From positions 1-37,055 of the forward strand of contig JBFRWI010000001.1 of the NCBI GenBank assembly GCA_051439505.1: 37,055 nt of DNA. The letters run 5' to 3'. The position numbers and the translations under genes were made by a program. Source of the DNA: Hormoscilla sp. Lineage in GTDB: Bacteria > Cyanobacteriota > Cyanobacteriia > Cyanobacteriales > Desertifilaceae. Positions 27,420 through 37,032 of the stretch are shown piece after piece. The stretch's first letter is position 1, and each line of letters opens with the position of its first letter. Below the pieces are notes generated by a model, which was not told the origin of the DNA, searched no databases, and saw only the letters and a program-made list of their open reading frames with translations.

Positions 27420-27893
27420 ATGACTCAAGAACTGACAGACATCAGAACCTGCATCCTGGAAGGTCGGTATAACGAGGCATTAATGTTAGTAGACGAACTG
27501 GAAGGGATGAGTAAGAAAGCGATAAGACAAAATATCGAGAGTTTTCTCGTGAGAATGCTAATTCATTTAATCAAAAACCAAGTGGAACAGCGTCTAACAA
27601 ATTCTTGGGCAGCTTCAATTAGAGATTCGATTCTGAAGATCGGAGGATTAAATATTAAGGAAAATAAAACATCATACTACATAAAACAAGATGAATGGGA
27701 TGAATTCCTAGAGAATGGTTTGTCAGATGCGATTTTCACCGCCAGCGACGAAGTGGCCAATGGTGTTTATACTCCACGTCAACTCCAGAAACTGGTAGAC
27801 AAAACCCAGATTGTCAAGACAGCATCTTCGTTGCTGAATTTGACTTATTCTCAGTCGGGTAATAATTTACGATCATCTATTCCGAATTATTGA
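27420..27893 (+). CDS. DUF29 family protein (C-terminus probably frameshifted)
   Basis: DELEGMSKKAI...MLIHLIKNQVEQRLTNSW. A plausible tail LLKLPGAEEWDREN* continues in another frame to about 27931. Confidence 0.75.
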   Translation: MTQELTDIRTCILEGRYNEALMLVDELEGMSKKAIRQNIESFLVRMLIHLIKNQVEQRLTNSWAASIRDSILKIGGLNIKENKTSYYIKQDEWDEFLENGLSDAIFTASDEVANGVYTPRQLQKLVDKTQIVKTASSLLNLTYSQSGNNLRSSIPNY

Positions 27894-28292
27894 AATTACC
27901 CGGTGCCGAAGAGTGGGATAGAGAGAATTGAACAGGGATAAAGGAGCGATCGGGGTACACTGCATATTTGCCGAATGACCTGTAGGGGCGAAGCTGAGGC
28001 GCGATCGAATTACAACATCAAGTGATAAACATTGTGCCGGAATGCTTCGCCCGTGCCGGCATTGAGATACACCCGAGCGATCGCCCGTTCGTAGTAAAGA
28101 CTTTAGTCTTTCCCCTCGTTCCCCCGTTCCCTCGTTCCCTCGTTCCCTGACTCCGGCAGGGAACGTCCACAAGAGGCTCTGCCTCCTGGAAATCACGGGG
28201 AGGCAGAGCCTCAAATGCGCTAGTTCCCAGCGGGGACGCTGGGAACTAGAGATAGGAGCGGGGGCCCTAAGAACGATCGCATAACTGACAAA

Positions 28293-28330
28293 TGACAAAG
28301 GGCGCTTCTTAGAGAAAACGCCCTTTGTCT
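28293..28330. terminator. Hairpin downstream of the gifA pair
   Basis: GACAAAGGGCG...CGCCCTTTGTC. Confidence 0.6.
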
Positions 28331-28361
28331 GCTCATTATTCAGTTTTACCAATCGCCTAAC

Positions 28362-28562
28362 CTAGCTCATCGTAGCACGACTGCGATCGTAGCTCGATCT
28401 GAAACCAGAATGAGGTTTTCCTTGAACGTGATTCCAATAGTTAGCTGCATCCATCGGTAAACCAACTTCCATCGCCAATCGACCCAACATTGATTGTTCC
28501 CGATTCTTGACTAGATGATGATGACGCATCATTAAGGCCCGTGCTTGTTCTTGAGCAGACAT
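28362..28562 (-). CDS. gifA: Glutamine synthetase inactivating factor, IF7-like (copy 2)
   Basis: MSAQEQARALMMRHHHLVKNREQSMLGRLAMEVG. GGAGG RBS precedes ATG 28562. Confidence 0.85.
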   Translation of the reverse strand: MSAQEQARALMMRHHHLVKNREQSMLGRLAMEVGLPMDAANYWNHVQGKPHSGFRSSYDRSRATMS

Positions 28563-28623
28563 TTTTACTTCCTCCAATCCTGTAATTTATCTGTGATTAA
28601 CTTTTGACTATCAAACCAGTTTT

Positions 28624-28824
28624 TTAGCTCATGGTCGCGCGACTGCGACCGTAGTTTTTCGCGAAAGTCGGATGGGGTTTTCCTTGAATGTGATTCCAAT
28701 AGTTCGCCGCTTCCGCCGGTAATCCCACTTCCATTGCCGATCGACCCAGCATCGACTGCTGGCGATTCTTGACCAGATGATGGTGACGCATCATTAGGGC
28801 CCGAGCTTGTTCTTGAGTAGACAT
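28624..28824 (-). CDS. gifA: Glutamine synthetase inactivating factor, IF7-like (copy 1)
   Basis: MSTQEQARALMMRHHHLVKNRQQSMLGRSAMEVG. AGGAGG RBS upstream. Confidence 0.88.
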   Translation of the reverse strand: MSTQEQARALMMRHHHLVKNRQQSMLGRSAMEVGLPAEAANYWNHIQGKPHPTFAKNYGRSRATMS

Positions 28825-28883
28825 CCTAGGATCCTCCTTGGCTTTTGCTGACCAGTGGTTAACTTTTTTCCCTTACATTTATA

Positions 28884-28913
28884 ACTATAGCAAAAAAATG
28901 TAGCGAAATTAAC
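28884..28913 (-). promoter_or_regulatory. gifA promoter: -10 TATAGT and overlapping NtcA-like site
   Basis: -10 box at 28884-28889 (minus strand). GTA-N8-AAC at 28900-28913 has one mismatch to GTA-N8-TAC and sits in a repressor position. Confidence 0.65.
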
Positions 28914-28970
28914 AAAATAGCCTTAATTTACAAAAATTTACACAATTTTAATTTTACGACTAGCGAAAAG

Positions 28971-29367
28971 CAGTAGGGTGGGCACCGCCCACCGGTGTCC
29001 AGTAGAGGAGGCACCGCCCACCGGTGTCCAGTAAGGGAGGCACCGCCCACCAGTGTCCAGTAGGGTGGGGTGTGGTCAAAAGTAGTTGTAGAGGATCCCC
29101 CCCCAAACCCCCCCTTCCAAAAGGGGGGGCTCCGGAAGCCCCCCAATAAAGGGGGGTTTCGGGGGATCCGGCGACTGGGAAGGCCGCCCGAACGATTAAC
29201 TGTTTTTGACCACACCCAGTAGGGTGGGCACCGCCCACCGGTGTACAGTAGGGTGGGCACCGCCCACCGGTGTACAGTAGGGTGGGCATCGCCCACCGGT
29301 CTCCAGTAGGGTGGGCATCGCCCACCGGTCTCCAGTAGGGGATGCACCGCCCACCGGTCTCCAGTAG
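28971..29367 (+). repeat. About 8 x 29-bp tandem REP-like units CAGTAGGGTGGGCA(C/T)CGCCCACCGGT, split by a MITE
   Basis: Three units before and five after the 29068-29217 insertion. Each unit is a GGTGGGC/GCCCACC hairpin. Confidence 0.9.
29068..29217 (+). mobile_element. 150-bp MITE, TIR GGGTGTGGTCAAAA, 9-bp TSD AGTAGGGTG
   Basis: TIRs at both ends. TSD at 29059-29067 and 29218-29226. Confidence 0.88.
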
Positions 29368-29440
29368 CTACCGGTGTCATAGCTATCGGAAGGACGTTCG
29401 TCCTGACTACAAACCTGAAAACGAACCTGACTGGAAACGG

Positions 29441-29591
29441 GGGTGTGGTCAAAACCAGTTGATCGTTCGTGGGGCTTCCCAGTCGTGGGATCCCCCCAAA
29501 CCCCCCTTAAAAAGGGGGGCGCACCGGTTGCCCCCCTTTCGGAAGGGGGGGTTTGGGGGGGGATCCGCCGCAACTACTTTTGACCGCACCC
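29441..29591 (-). mobile_element. Second, inverted copy of the same MITE, TSD CTGGAAACG
   Basis: TIRs GGGTGTGGTCAAAA / TTTTGACCGCACCC. TSD at 29431-29439 and 29592-29600. Confidence 0.85.
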
Positions 29592-29667
29592 CTGGAAACG
29601 CGGCTTGCTCGGGACTGCCATGCTGCGGTAAGCTCTGGAGAATCAGTAATAGTACAGGAAAAAATAA

Positions 29668-30519
29668 GTGTCAGCAGTTGAGGAGCATTTTCTGAAGGTC
29701 GGAGCCCTAGATTGGTTTTATCGGGAGTCCTTACCGGCAAATGACAGCGACAAACCACCGGTGCTGCTGCTGCACGGCTTGGTCTCCCAGAGTTACAGCT
29801 ATCGGGAAATTATGCCGGTCTTGGCAGCACAGGGGTTTCGCGCGATCGCCCCAGACTGGATCGGTTTCGGTTTTTCTGGCAAACCGGGCAAGCGGGACTT
29901 TGCCTACACCCCCGATGCCTTCGTCACCGCCTTGGCAGCATTCATCGATGCCTTAGAACTCGATCGCTTTTCCCTGGTGGTGCAAGGATTTGTCGGATCT
30001 GCCGGTTTACAATATGCTCTGCGTCACCCCGAAAAGATCGCACGCTTGGCAGTTCTGAATACCCCCCTTTCCACCGAGGCCAAATTGCCCTGGAAGATGA
30101 AGCAGTTAGGGTTGCCCTTACTGGGAGAGGTCTTTACCCAAGATCCCCTGTTAGTCGATCGCACCTTGGAAGGCGGCGGCCCCTACCAGGTAGCAGACAA
30201 AGATTTGGATGTCTATCGCCGTCCCTTCCTCCAGAGTTCCGCCGCCGGACGTTCCCTGTTCATCACCATCCGCAACCTCCAGCTTCAGCAGGTGACAGCA
30301 GAAATAGAGAAAGGCTTTAACCAATGGCAGCAGCCAACTATCATAGCTTGGGGCACCTCAGACCCCTGGCTACCATTAACCCAGGCCCAAAATTTTGCTA
30401 ATTCTCTGGCCAATGCCGAAGTAGTCCCCCTAGAACAAGTAGGCCATTATGCTCAAGAGGACTGGCATGAAAAGGTTAGCGAGGTTCTCCTGCCCTTTCT
30501 GCGCCGTCAAGAGACTTAG
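29668..30519 (+). CDS. Alpha/beta-fold hydrolase (haloalkane dehalogenase-like)
   Basis: LLLHG, IAPDWIGFGFS, VVQGF at the nucleophile elbow, and GHYAQED. Confidence 0.85.
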   Translation: MSAVEEHFLKVGALDWFYRESLPANDSDKPPVLLLHGLVSQSYSYREIMPVLAAQGFRAIAPDWIGFGFSGKPGKRDFAYTPDAFVTALAAFIDALELDRFSLVVQGFVGSAGLQYALRHPEKIARLAVLNTPLSTEAKLPWKMKQLGLPLLGEVFTQDPLLVDRTLEGGGPYQVADKDLDVYRRPFLQSSAAGRSLFITIRNLQLQQVTAEIEKGFNQWQQPTIIAWGTSDPWLPLTQAQNFANSLANAEVVPLEQVGHYAQEDWHEKVSEVLLPFLRRQET

Positions 30520-30617
30520 TTAGTTAAATCTAATGCCGAATTCTGATATATTTCTTTAACAGATCGCCCCCATTTAGGGGCAGTTTCATTTGTTGAACAG
30601 CAAGATGGGATGAAGTT

Positions 30618-31061
30618 ATGTCACGATATCGCTCTTTTCTAGCTTTAGTATTGGCACTGGTGACAGTTTTTGTAGTCAGCTGTGCCACCCCCACCGCCCA
30701 GAAGCCCCTATACGACCAGTCCAAGCTAGCCCAAGTTGAAATATTCCTTCCCACAATACTTGCCACCCGCGATCGGATGCCAGAACTAGAGGATCTGATC
30801 GAAGAACGCGACTGGATATTTGTCGGCAACTTTATCCACGGACCCCTGGGAGACTTGCGACGTGAGATGAAAAGTTTGGCTCGTAACCTGCTTCCCCCAG
30901 ACGACAAAGCAGCTTCAAAAGCTGCCGATCGGCTGTTTAAGGACATCGTAGCCATTGACAAAGCAGCTGAAGAAAACAACTATGCCGCAGCAGCTGTTAA
31001 TTACAAAGCTGCCATTACCGATTTTGATAGCTTCTTGGATCTGGTTCCCGAAAAGAGTTAG
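30618..31061 (+). CDS. psbQ: Photosystem II extrinsic lipoprotein PsbQ (CyanoQ)
   Basis: Lipobox VVSC, then RDWIFVGNFIHGPLGDLRREM..LARNLLP. Confidence 0.92.
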   Translation: MSRYRSFLALVLALVTVFVVSCATPTAQKPLYDQSKLAQVEIFLPTILATRDRMPELEDLIEERDWIFVGNFIHGPLGDLRREMKSLARNLLPPDDKAASKAADRLFKDIVAIDKAAEENNYAAAAVNYKAAITDFDSFLDLVPEKS

Positions 31062-31175
31062 TCTCTCTTAAGAAACCTGAAATTCTGTTGTTGTCATTCT
31101 CTCTCGCTGTATCACTTGACAGGCATGAAATACGGCGCTGCTGATGTCTGTCAAGTGATACAATATTCTATAATT

Positions 31176-32243
31176 ATGACTCTTGTAATCATCATTGGCT
31201 GCGGCGTTATTGGGGCCATGACAGCCTACGAACTCAGCCAAGTTCGGGGACTAGATATCACTGTCCTTGACAAGCAACCCCCCGCCCAAGCAGCAACGGG
31301 TGCGGCCCTCGGCGTGCTGATGGGCATTATCTCTGGCAAAATTAAAGGTCGGGCGTGGGAACTGCGTCAAGCTAGCATCCGACGCTATGAAACTTTGATC
31401 CCAGAACTAGAAGAAATTACACAAAACAAAATACTTTTTAATCGTCAAGGCATTCTCAAGCTTTGTACTGAGTCCGAGGAGTTAGAGAAAGGACAACAGT
31501 TGGCAGAAAAACGTCGGTCTCAGGGCTGGCATCTGGAAATTTGGGATGCCGATCGCTTATTATCTCATTGTCCCCATTTAAGCGATCGCTTTTTAGGTGC
31601 GATCTATTCTCCCCAAGATAGACAAGTAGATCCTACTGCTCTCACTCATGCCTTGGTTACCGCAGCCCAAAAGAATGGCGTTACATTTAAGTTTGGTGTT
31701 AATGTCGAGGGGTTAGAGTCTGGAGGCAGCTGTCAAGTTCGGACTAATGAGGGATATATGAAGTGCGATCGCCTAGTAATTGCCGCCGGGTTGGGGTCCA
31801 CAGAGTTAACAAAATCTTTACAAAGAACTATTGACATTCGCCCAGTATTAGGGCAAGCTGTACAGTATGGGGGCGTGAGCTTGGGAAATCCCGAGTTTCA
31901 GCCCGCCATGACAGCAGATGATGTTTATATAGTTCCCGTGGGGGATAATAATTACTGGGTGGGGGCCACGGTGGAATTTCCCACAGTTGCAGGTGAAATA
32001 GTAGCAGACCCAAGTAATTTGCAGGTGGTGCAGGAAAAGGCGATCGCCCTTTGTCCCGCCCTTGCAGAAGCTAGCATAATCAAGCAATGGTCTGGTTTAC
32101 GTCCCCGTCCCGAAGGACGGCCAGCCCCCATTATCGGTCATCTACCAGGTGATGATAACATATTGCTAGCCACAGGTCACTATCGCAATGGCATCTTACT
32201 CGCACCCGCCACCGCCCAAGCAATTAAACGGGCGATCGCGTAG
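31176..32243 (+). CDS. FAD-dependent oxidoreductase, DAO/glycine oxidase (ThiO-like) family
   Basis: IIIGCGVIG, ATGAALG, WSGLRPRP and ATGHYRNGILLAP. Confidence 0.88.
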   Translation: MTLVIIIGCGVIGAMTAYELSQVRGLDITVLDKQPPAQAATGAALGVLMGIISGKIKGRAWELRQASIRRYETLIPELEEITQNKILFNRQGILKLCTESEELEKGQQLAEKRRSQGWHLEIWDADRLLSHCPHLSDRFLGAIYSPQDRQVDPTALTHALVTAAQKNGVTFKFGVNVEGLESGGSCQVRTNEGYMKCDRLVIAAGLGSTELTKSLQRTIDIRPVLGQAVQYGGVSLGNPEFQPAMTADDVYIVPVGDNNYWVGATVEFPTVAGEIVADPSNLQVVQEKAIALCPALAEASIIKQWSGLRPRPEGRPAPIIGHLPGDDNILLATGHYRNGILLAPATAQAIKRAIA

Positions 32244-32306
32244 TCCAGGCATCTTCCCTGTCAGACTAACACTGACTTTAATTTACAATTTACAATTTAC
32301 AAATAT

Positions 32307-32789
32307 ATGTCAGATCGACCTTTAGGTAAACCCCGTCCCCTATGGCGAGTGCTGCTCCTATCTGCGGCCACTTTCACGTTATACTACGGCTGGTACAAGT
32401 GGATCATCCAAGAAGAACTACGACAGTATAATGGCTATGGTTGGTCGGGAACCCTGTGCTTACTACCCTTTATGTTGGGTATAACAGTTCCCCAGGCGTT
32501 ATGGATCCTCGATCCGGATGTTCCCGGTTGGTTTGGTTGGTTTTCCTTGCTAGGGGTTGTCTGGATTTATATTGTAGAGTTCCGGCTGTACAGGACCGTT
32601 AACGAACTTTATCGCGGAGAAGAGATGGAAGAACCGCTAGTGGTTTGGTGGATTTTTGTCCCCGGTTTAAATTTAATTGTAGGATTGAGACAATTTCACT
32701 TCTTGAGTCAATTCTGGGCCATGAAGCAGAAGATAATAGTTAAAGATCCAGTGGCCCAAAGTATTCTGTTTCTTTCAGCTAATCCTTAG
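32307..32789 (+). CDS. Conserved membrane protein of unknown function
   Basis: Three to four TM segments; LLSAATFTLYYGWYKW. Confidence 0.7.
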   Translation: MSDRPLGKPRPLWRVLLLSAATFTLYYGWYKWIIQEELRQYNGYGWSGTLCLLPFMLGITVPQALWILDPDVPGWFGWFSLLGVVWIYIVEFRLYRTVNELYRGEEMEEPLVVWWIFVPGLNLIVGLRQFHFLSQFWAMKQKIIVKDPVAQSILFLSANP

Positions 32790-32851
32790 TATGTAAGTGG
32801 GGATATTGGCATATTGTCAATTGCTTAGTAGTTGTAGTGAGGAGAGAGAGT

Positions 32852-33562
32852 ATGACCGTATTATCACAGAAACAGAGACGTCCGGTCCGGGAGATCCTCG
32901 CAAGTTTAGCAGTATTGACAATCTTGGTGGTGGTATTTTTTATCGCCCCTAAATTCGGAACAAAAATAGAATTTAAGCCGGAGATAAATGATGAAATTGC
33001 GGGGTTGGTCGTTGTCCTATCCTTTGTTTCCTTAGCGGTCCGCAGCGCCGTCAAAAACTTTGTTGGTGCTGTCCGCGATGTCGGCCAAGAACGTCTAGAA
33101 AAACTGCAAAAAAAGCAAGAAATTGACCGTAATTTTATAGAAAATTTTCTGAATAATCTAGAAGATCTAATTAAAGATAGTCAGTCTCGTTCGGCTGAAG
33201 AAATGAATTCGGTATTTGAGCAGGAATTAGATCCGTTGTTATTAAAAGGAAAGCAATTATATCAAGAGCAAAATGAAATAATGGCGGAGATCAATGAATA
33301 CGAAGCGAACACGGAACTGATCTCTAACCTGGCAACAATCCTAGCAGGTGTGCTAGTCAGTATGGTAGGGGTGCGCACTCTGGGCGCTTTTTGCGCGATC
33401 GAGGCGCTGTCGGGCTTGCAGCTGCGGATTTTCCATGCTGTTGATATTCTGCTGACTGCGGGATTGGTTTTGGGCGGTAGAGAAGCGATTAATGGGTTAA
33501 CTGCTATAATTCAAACTACTACGCCAAACACTACGAGTCAGTCCGCGTCCACGCGCAATTAG
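32852..33562 (+). CDS. Hypothetical membrane protein (TM-coiled coil-TM)
   Basis: AGGAGA RBS. C-terminal VGVRTL...VDILLTAGLVLGGREAI. Confidence 0.65.
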   Translation: MTVLSQKQRRPVREILASLAVLTILVVVFFIAPKFGTKIEFKPEINDEIAGLVVVLSFVSLAVRSAVKNFVGAVRDVGQERLEKLQKKQEIDRNFIENFLNNLEDLIKDSQSRSAEEMNSVFEQELDPLLLKGKQLYQEQNEIMAEINEYEANTELISNLATILAGVLVSMVGVRTLGAFCAIEALSGLQLRIFHAVDILLTAGLVLGGREAINGLTAIIQTTTPNTTSQSASTRN

Positions 33563-33571
33563 CGATTCATA

Positions 33572-33695
33572 GTAGGGTGAGCATTAAGCAATTCAAAATT
33601 CAAAATTCAAAATTCAAAATGGGGAAAGTCATTGAGAGCAAGGTTTTCAGCATTTGGATCCATGCAATTTAAATGCGCGACAGCTTAGCCCACCC
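33572..33695. repeat. GTAGGGTG..GCCCACCC REP interrupted by a TA-flanked insertion containing (AATTCAA)n
   Basis: GCATTA|AGC...(AATTCAA)x4...AAATGCGCGACAGCT|TAGCCCACCC. Confidence 0.55.
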
Positions 33696-33854
33696 GATCG
33701 TTGCTAATATAAGAGGAAGAGCCTGGGTTTAATAGTAAATTGAGAATCGCAAATCGCTCGGATAAAATAGATAAATATTTTCTAACAATACCGCAATGGT
33801 AATTTTTGTAAAAAATCCATACAATGATTTGATACCAGAAATTGATATTAGCCA

Positions 33855-34859
33855 ATGAAAGTAATTTTCTTCGGAACCCCGGAATTTGCCGTCCCCAGCC
33901 TCGATCGCCTGCTGTCCCATCCCGAATTTGAAGTTGCCGGCGTAGTTACCCAGCCAGATAAACAGCGGGGACGCGGCAAGAAACTCACACCTTCGCCAAT
34001 AAAAAGTTTAGCACTGACTCACAACTTACCAGTTTGGCAGCCCCAACGGATCAAAAAAGATGTCGCTACTCTCAGCCAATTAGAACAGGCAAAAGCAGAT
34101 GTATTTGTCGTAGTAGCCTACGGGCAAATTCTTTCTAAAAAGATTCTGGACATGCCCCAACGGGGATGCATTAACGTTCACGGTTCCATTTTACCCCAGT
34201 GTCGGGGGGCGGCACCAATTCAGTGGTGTCTATATCATGGCCAGACGGAAACTGGCATTACTACCATGTTGATGGATGCAGGCATGGATACAGGTGATAT
34301 GCTATTGAAAGCCTTTACCCCGATTGGTTTACTCGATAATGCTCGGGAATTGGCTGGAACCCTGGCCAGTACGGGGGCTGATTTGTTGCTAGAAACCCTG
34401 CTGAAGTGGGAACGTTCTGAAATTACACCCATTCCGCAAGATGGGTCGGCAGCAACCTATGCCCCGCTGATTAAAAAAGAGGATTATTTGTTGGATTGGT
34501 CGCAAAGCGCGATCGCCCTGCACAATCAAATTAGAGGATTTTTCCCCAACTCTGTAGCCTCATTTCGCGGTCAATCCTTGAAAATTACTGCCACAGTCCC
34601 CCTCGGCGATCGCTACTGGCATCAGCTACCGTCGGAATTGGGCCAATTAGAACAGAATTGGGCCTCACTCTCTGCCAATACTGGGCGTCCTGGAGAAGTA
34701 GTCAGCATTGCCAAGCGGATAGGACCAATTATGCAAACTGGCGAAGGATTATTACTATTGCGGCAAGTCCATCTGGCGGGTAAACGCGCTCAGTCTGGGT
34801 GGGATTTTGCTAATGGCGTCCGCTTGGCAGTAGGAGAGATGTTAGAAAATGGGCCGTAA
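33855..34859 (+). CDS. fmt: Methionyl-tRNA formyltransferase
   Basis: [33 protein letters not shown] and MDAGMDTG. Confidence 0.96.
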   Translation: MKVIFFGTPEFAVPSLDRLLSHPEFEVAGVVTQPDKQRGRGKKLTPSPIKSLALTHNLPVWQPQRIKKDVATLSQLEQAKADVFVVVAYGQILSKKILDMPQRGCINVHGSILPQCRGAAPIQWCLYHGQTETGITTMLMDAGMDTGDMLLKAFTPIGLLDNARELAGTLASTGADLLLETLLKWERSEITPIPQDGSAATYAPLIKKEDYLLDWSQSAIALHNQIRGFFPNSVASFRGQSLKITATVPLGDRYWHQLPSELGQLEQNWASLSANTGRPGEVVSIAKRIGPIMQTGEGLLLLRQVHLAGKRAQSGWDFANGVRLAVGEMLENGP

Positions 34860-34871
34860 GGCGAACAATCT

Positions 34872-35228
34872 TTAGGAAGATTTTTCATAAAAACGGCAAG
34901 AATCGCATGGCCCCACGGGATTGACTGCACAGCGCACCAGTTCGGAATGAGCATTGAAGCGACAACTGGCGTCTCCCAGCACCCAGCGTCCATCGATCAG
35001 ACTTTGCTCAGCTGGACGTGGGGCGGACTGGACAATGAGGGCAACTTTGTGCAAGCGATAGCGTCCTGACTTCAGCTGGTAGCGGTGGCGACGTTCTAGG
35101 ACAGCGTAGGTTTTACCTTTGAGGTCGAGATAGTGACCGGGTTGGGGGTTCCAATTTAGTCGGACATTTCCAAGGGTCTGACGCGGATGCGTCAGAATCA
35201 CCTCCGTGGGTAGAGAATCTGGCTCCAT
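34872..35228 (-). CDS. Conserved cyanobacterial Cys-rich protein (DUF6464-like)
   Basis: VLERRHRYQLKSGRY...GDASCRFNAHSELVRCAVNPVGPCDSCRFYE. Confidence 0.75.
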   Translation of the reverse strand: MEPDSLPTEVILTHPRQTLGNVRLNWNPQPGHYLDLKGKTYAVLERRHRYQLKSGRYRLHKVALIVQSAPRPAEQSLIDGRWVLGDASCRFNAHSELVRCAVNPVGPCDSCRFYEKSS

Positions 35229-35422
35229 AATCAATGTGTTCCTGAATACATAATTATCCAAGATATCGCATCAATGCCGAAAGCCTGCCACTGTTTAGAT
35301 TCTCAATAGATTTGCCAGCAAGTAGGAAGTCTGCGGATCTGGCCGTGGCGCGATCGCGTCCTGCTGCGCTAGTCTCACCTGCCCTATTACCTCCTCTCTA
35401 TCATCCTCGACATCGAATGTTT

Positions 35423-35647
35423 TCAACCCACTCCTAGCTGTTTTTGAGAATCTTCCAACCTTTGCCATAGGACTTCAATGTCAGAGAATGCCTGCTCTAA
35501 GCTGATCTTTCCATTCGTTGCCAAACCGCTGAGATAACTCACCCGTTGGGCGAATTCCTGTAGATTAGCATTAAAGACCAAATTCTCTGGTTTAACTTCC
35601 CCGTAGTAGCGGCTTTTGGGATACAGGACATTAGATATAATTGACAT
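35423..35647 (-). CDS. Small conserved cyanobacterial hypothetical protein
   Basis: LYPKSRYYGEVKPENLVFNANLQEFAQRVSY. AGGAG RBS. Confidence 0.8.
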   Translation of the reverse strand: MSIISNVLYPKSRYYGEVKPENLVFNANLQEFAQRVSYLSGLATNGKISLEQAFSDIEVLWQRLEDSQKQLGVG

Positions 35648-36141
35648 TTTTATAACTCCTTGTTCTCTCGATACTTTACCTATATTTATATTTTAAACCA
35701 CGATCCCCAACCTCTTCGTGATTGTAGTCGCCCCAGCCATGTGATATTTTATTGCCGATTGAGTGATGGCAATAGGCTATACCAGAGGATCTCCAACAGC
35801 CCTTTCAGTGATGGCAGTCAGCAAGGTCTGTGACAAGCATTACTTGAATTCCCAAGGAGAAATTTGTTGAAAATTGCTAATTGAAAATGGCTAATTGAAA
35901 AGAGTCAATAAATATAGTCATTACTACTAATGACTGGTTTCTCTAGTAAAAGTATTGATTTGGAGTTGCTTGCCTAACGAGAAACCCGGCTTCTAGCTTC
36001 TACTTGACCGATGCTCTAGAGAAATTAACCATTGACAATTAGCAAGCCCGCAACCCTTATCATCGGTGTCGTTGTGCAACTTAATTTTCATCTGTAACTG
36101 ACTTGACAGGATAACCACTGTAAGCTATTATGTCATGCTAA

Positions 36142-36741
36142 ATGCCTTACAGGAGTAAAGAAATGAAGCCAAATGCTATGATTCTATTTATGACCGGGCT
36201 GAGTCTAGCAGTAATGCTTGCCATCCCATCGCAACTAAAGAATAGCAAGGCTCTAGAAGTTGCGGCCAACCCAGCAGTAAATAATATTTGGCAAAAGGGC
36301 TCCTTTCCAGTAGAAAATTTTCAGGACTACACTTCCGGTTTTGGCTACCGTGAATATCCATATCAGGGCTTTCATTATGGCTTAGACCTGGCAGCGCCCC
36401 AAGGTAGCTACATCCGCAGTTGGTGGAGTGGTAAAGTTGTCGAGGTTTGGTCGGATAGCACATGTGGCACCGGAATTATAATTCAATCGGGCGATTGGAA
36501 ACATATCTATTGTCATCTTAAAGGTGATGTATTCTCGGCAGACGATCGCCCCTATTTGCTCGATCGCGATGGCGGGATCCAACTTTGGCAGGGTCAACAA
36601 GTGTTAACTGGCCAAAGAATTGCTCGGGTAGGTATGAGCGGTCGCACTAATGGCCCCCACTTGCATTGGGGGCTGAAGTATGCTAACCAATGGGTAGATC
36701 CAGCTCTCGTGCTGAAAGCGATGTACGATTCTCTTGCATAA
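36142..36741 (+). CDS. M23 family metallopeptidase, exported
   Basis: FHYGLDLAAP (HxxxD), YCHL and GPHLHWG. Confidence 0.9.
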   Translation: MPYRSKEMKPNAMILFMTGLSLAVMLAIPSQLKNSKALEVAANPAVNNIWQKGSFPVENFQDYTSGFGYREYPYQGFHYGLDLAAPQGSYIRSWWSGKVVEVWSDSTCGTGIIIQSGDWKHIYCHLKGDVFSADDRPYLLDRDGGIQLWQGQQVLTGQRIARVGMSGRTNGPHLHWGLKYANQWVDPALVLKAMYDSLA

Positions 36742-36799
36742 AATCCGGTAATTTCTGGCAATTTCGGGAATTATCTCCCTCGGGAAGATGCTTGATGCA

Positions 36800-37032
36800 G
36801 GTCCAGGATTAGACCTACGTTAGGGGGGTCATGACACCTACGGGTGATAGCGCTGCGCGCGGGCTTTTTCCCCAAAAGGCGCAAGAGCCGTTTGGGGAAA
36901 AATCCCGCGCCAGCTCGTAGCTCTGTCATCTGGCTTTAAGGAACGGAACGAATGGATTTGTGGTCCCTTGTGAGTCAGATGTAAAAAGCCCCTTTAACAT
37001 GACCGAGGCAAACTTTACCCCTTTTTAGGGAG
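36800..37032 (+). ncRNA. HEARO/IscB-type omegaRNA-like scaffold with an inserted hairpin
   Basis: Ordered motifs CCAG..., CTACGTT, GTCATGACACC, GCCAG..., GCTCTGTC, AAAAGCC, TAACAT..CGAGGCAAACTTTACC, with mutually pairing stems. Confidence 0.75.

Noticed and set aside
27873..28352. 159-aa minus-strand ORF
   Set aside because: It runs through a patchwork of repeats and a terminator.
28825..28970. Glutamine riboswitch upstream of the gif genes
   Set aside because: The leader is short and lacks the CGUU...GGAAG...GAAGGAACG pattern.
28971..29367. CRISPR array
   Set aside because: Head-to-tail 29-bp REP units without spacers; the single interruption is a MITE with a TSD.
28928..29758. Several overlapping ORFs of 83-174 aa
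   Set aside because: They are translations of GC-rich repeats and MITEs.
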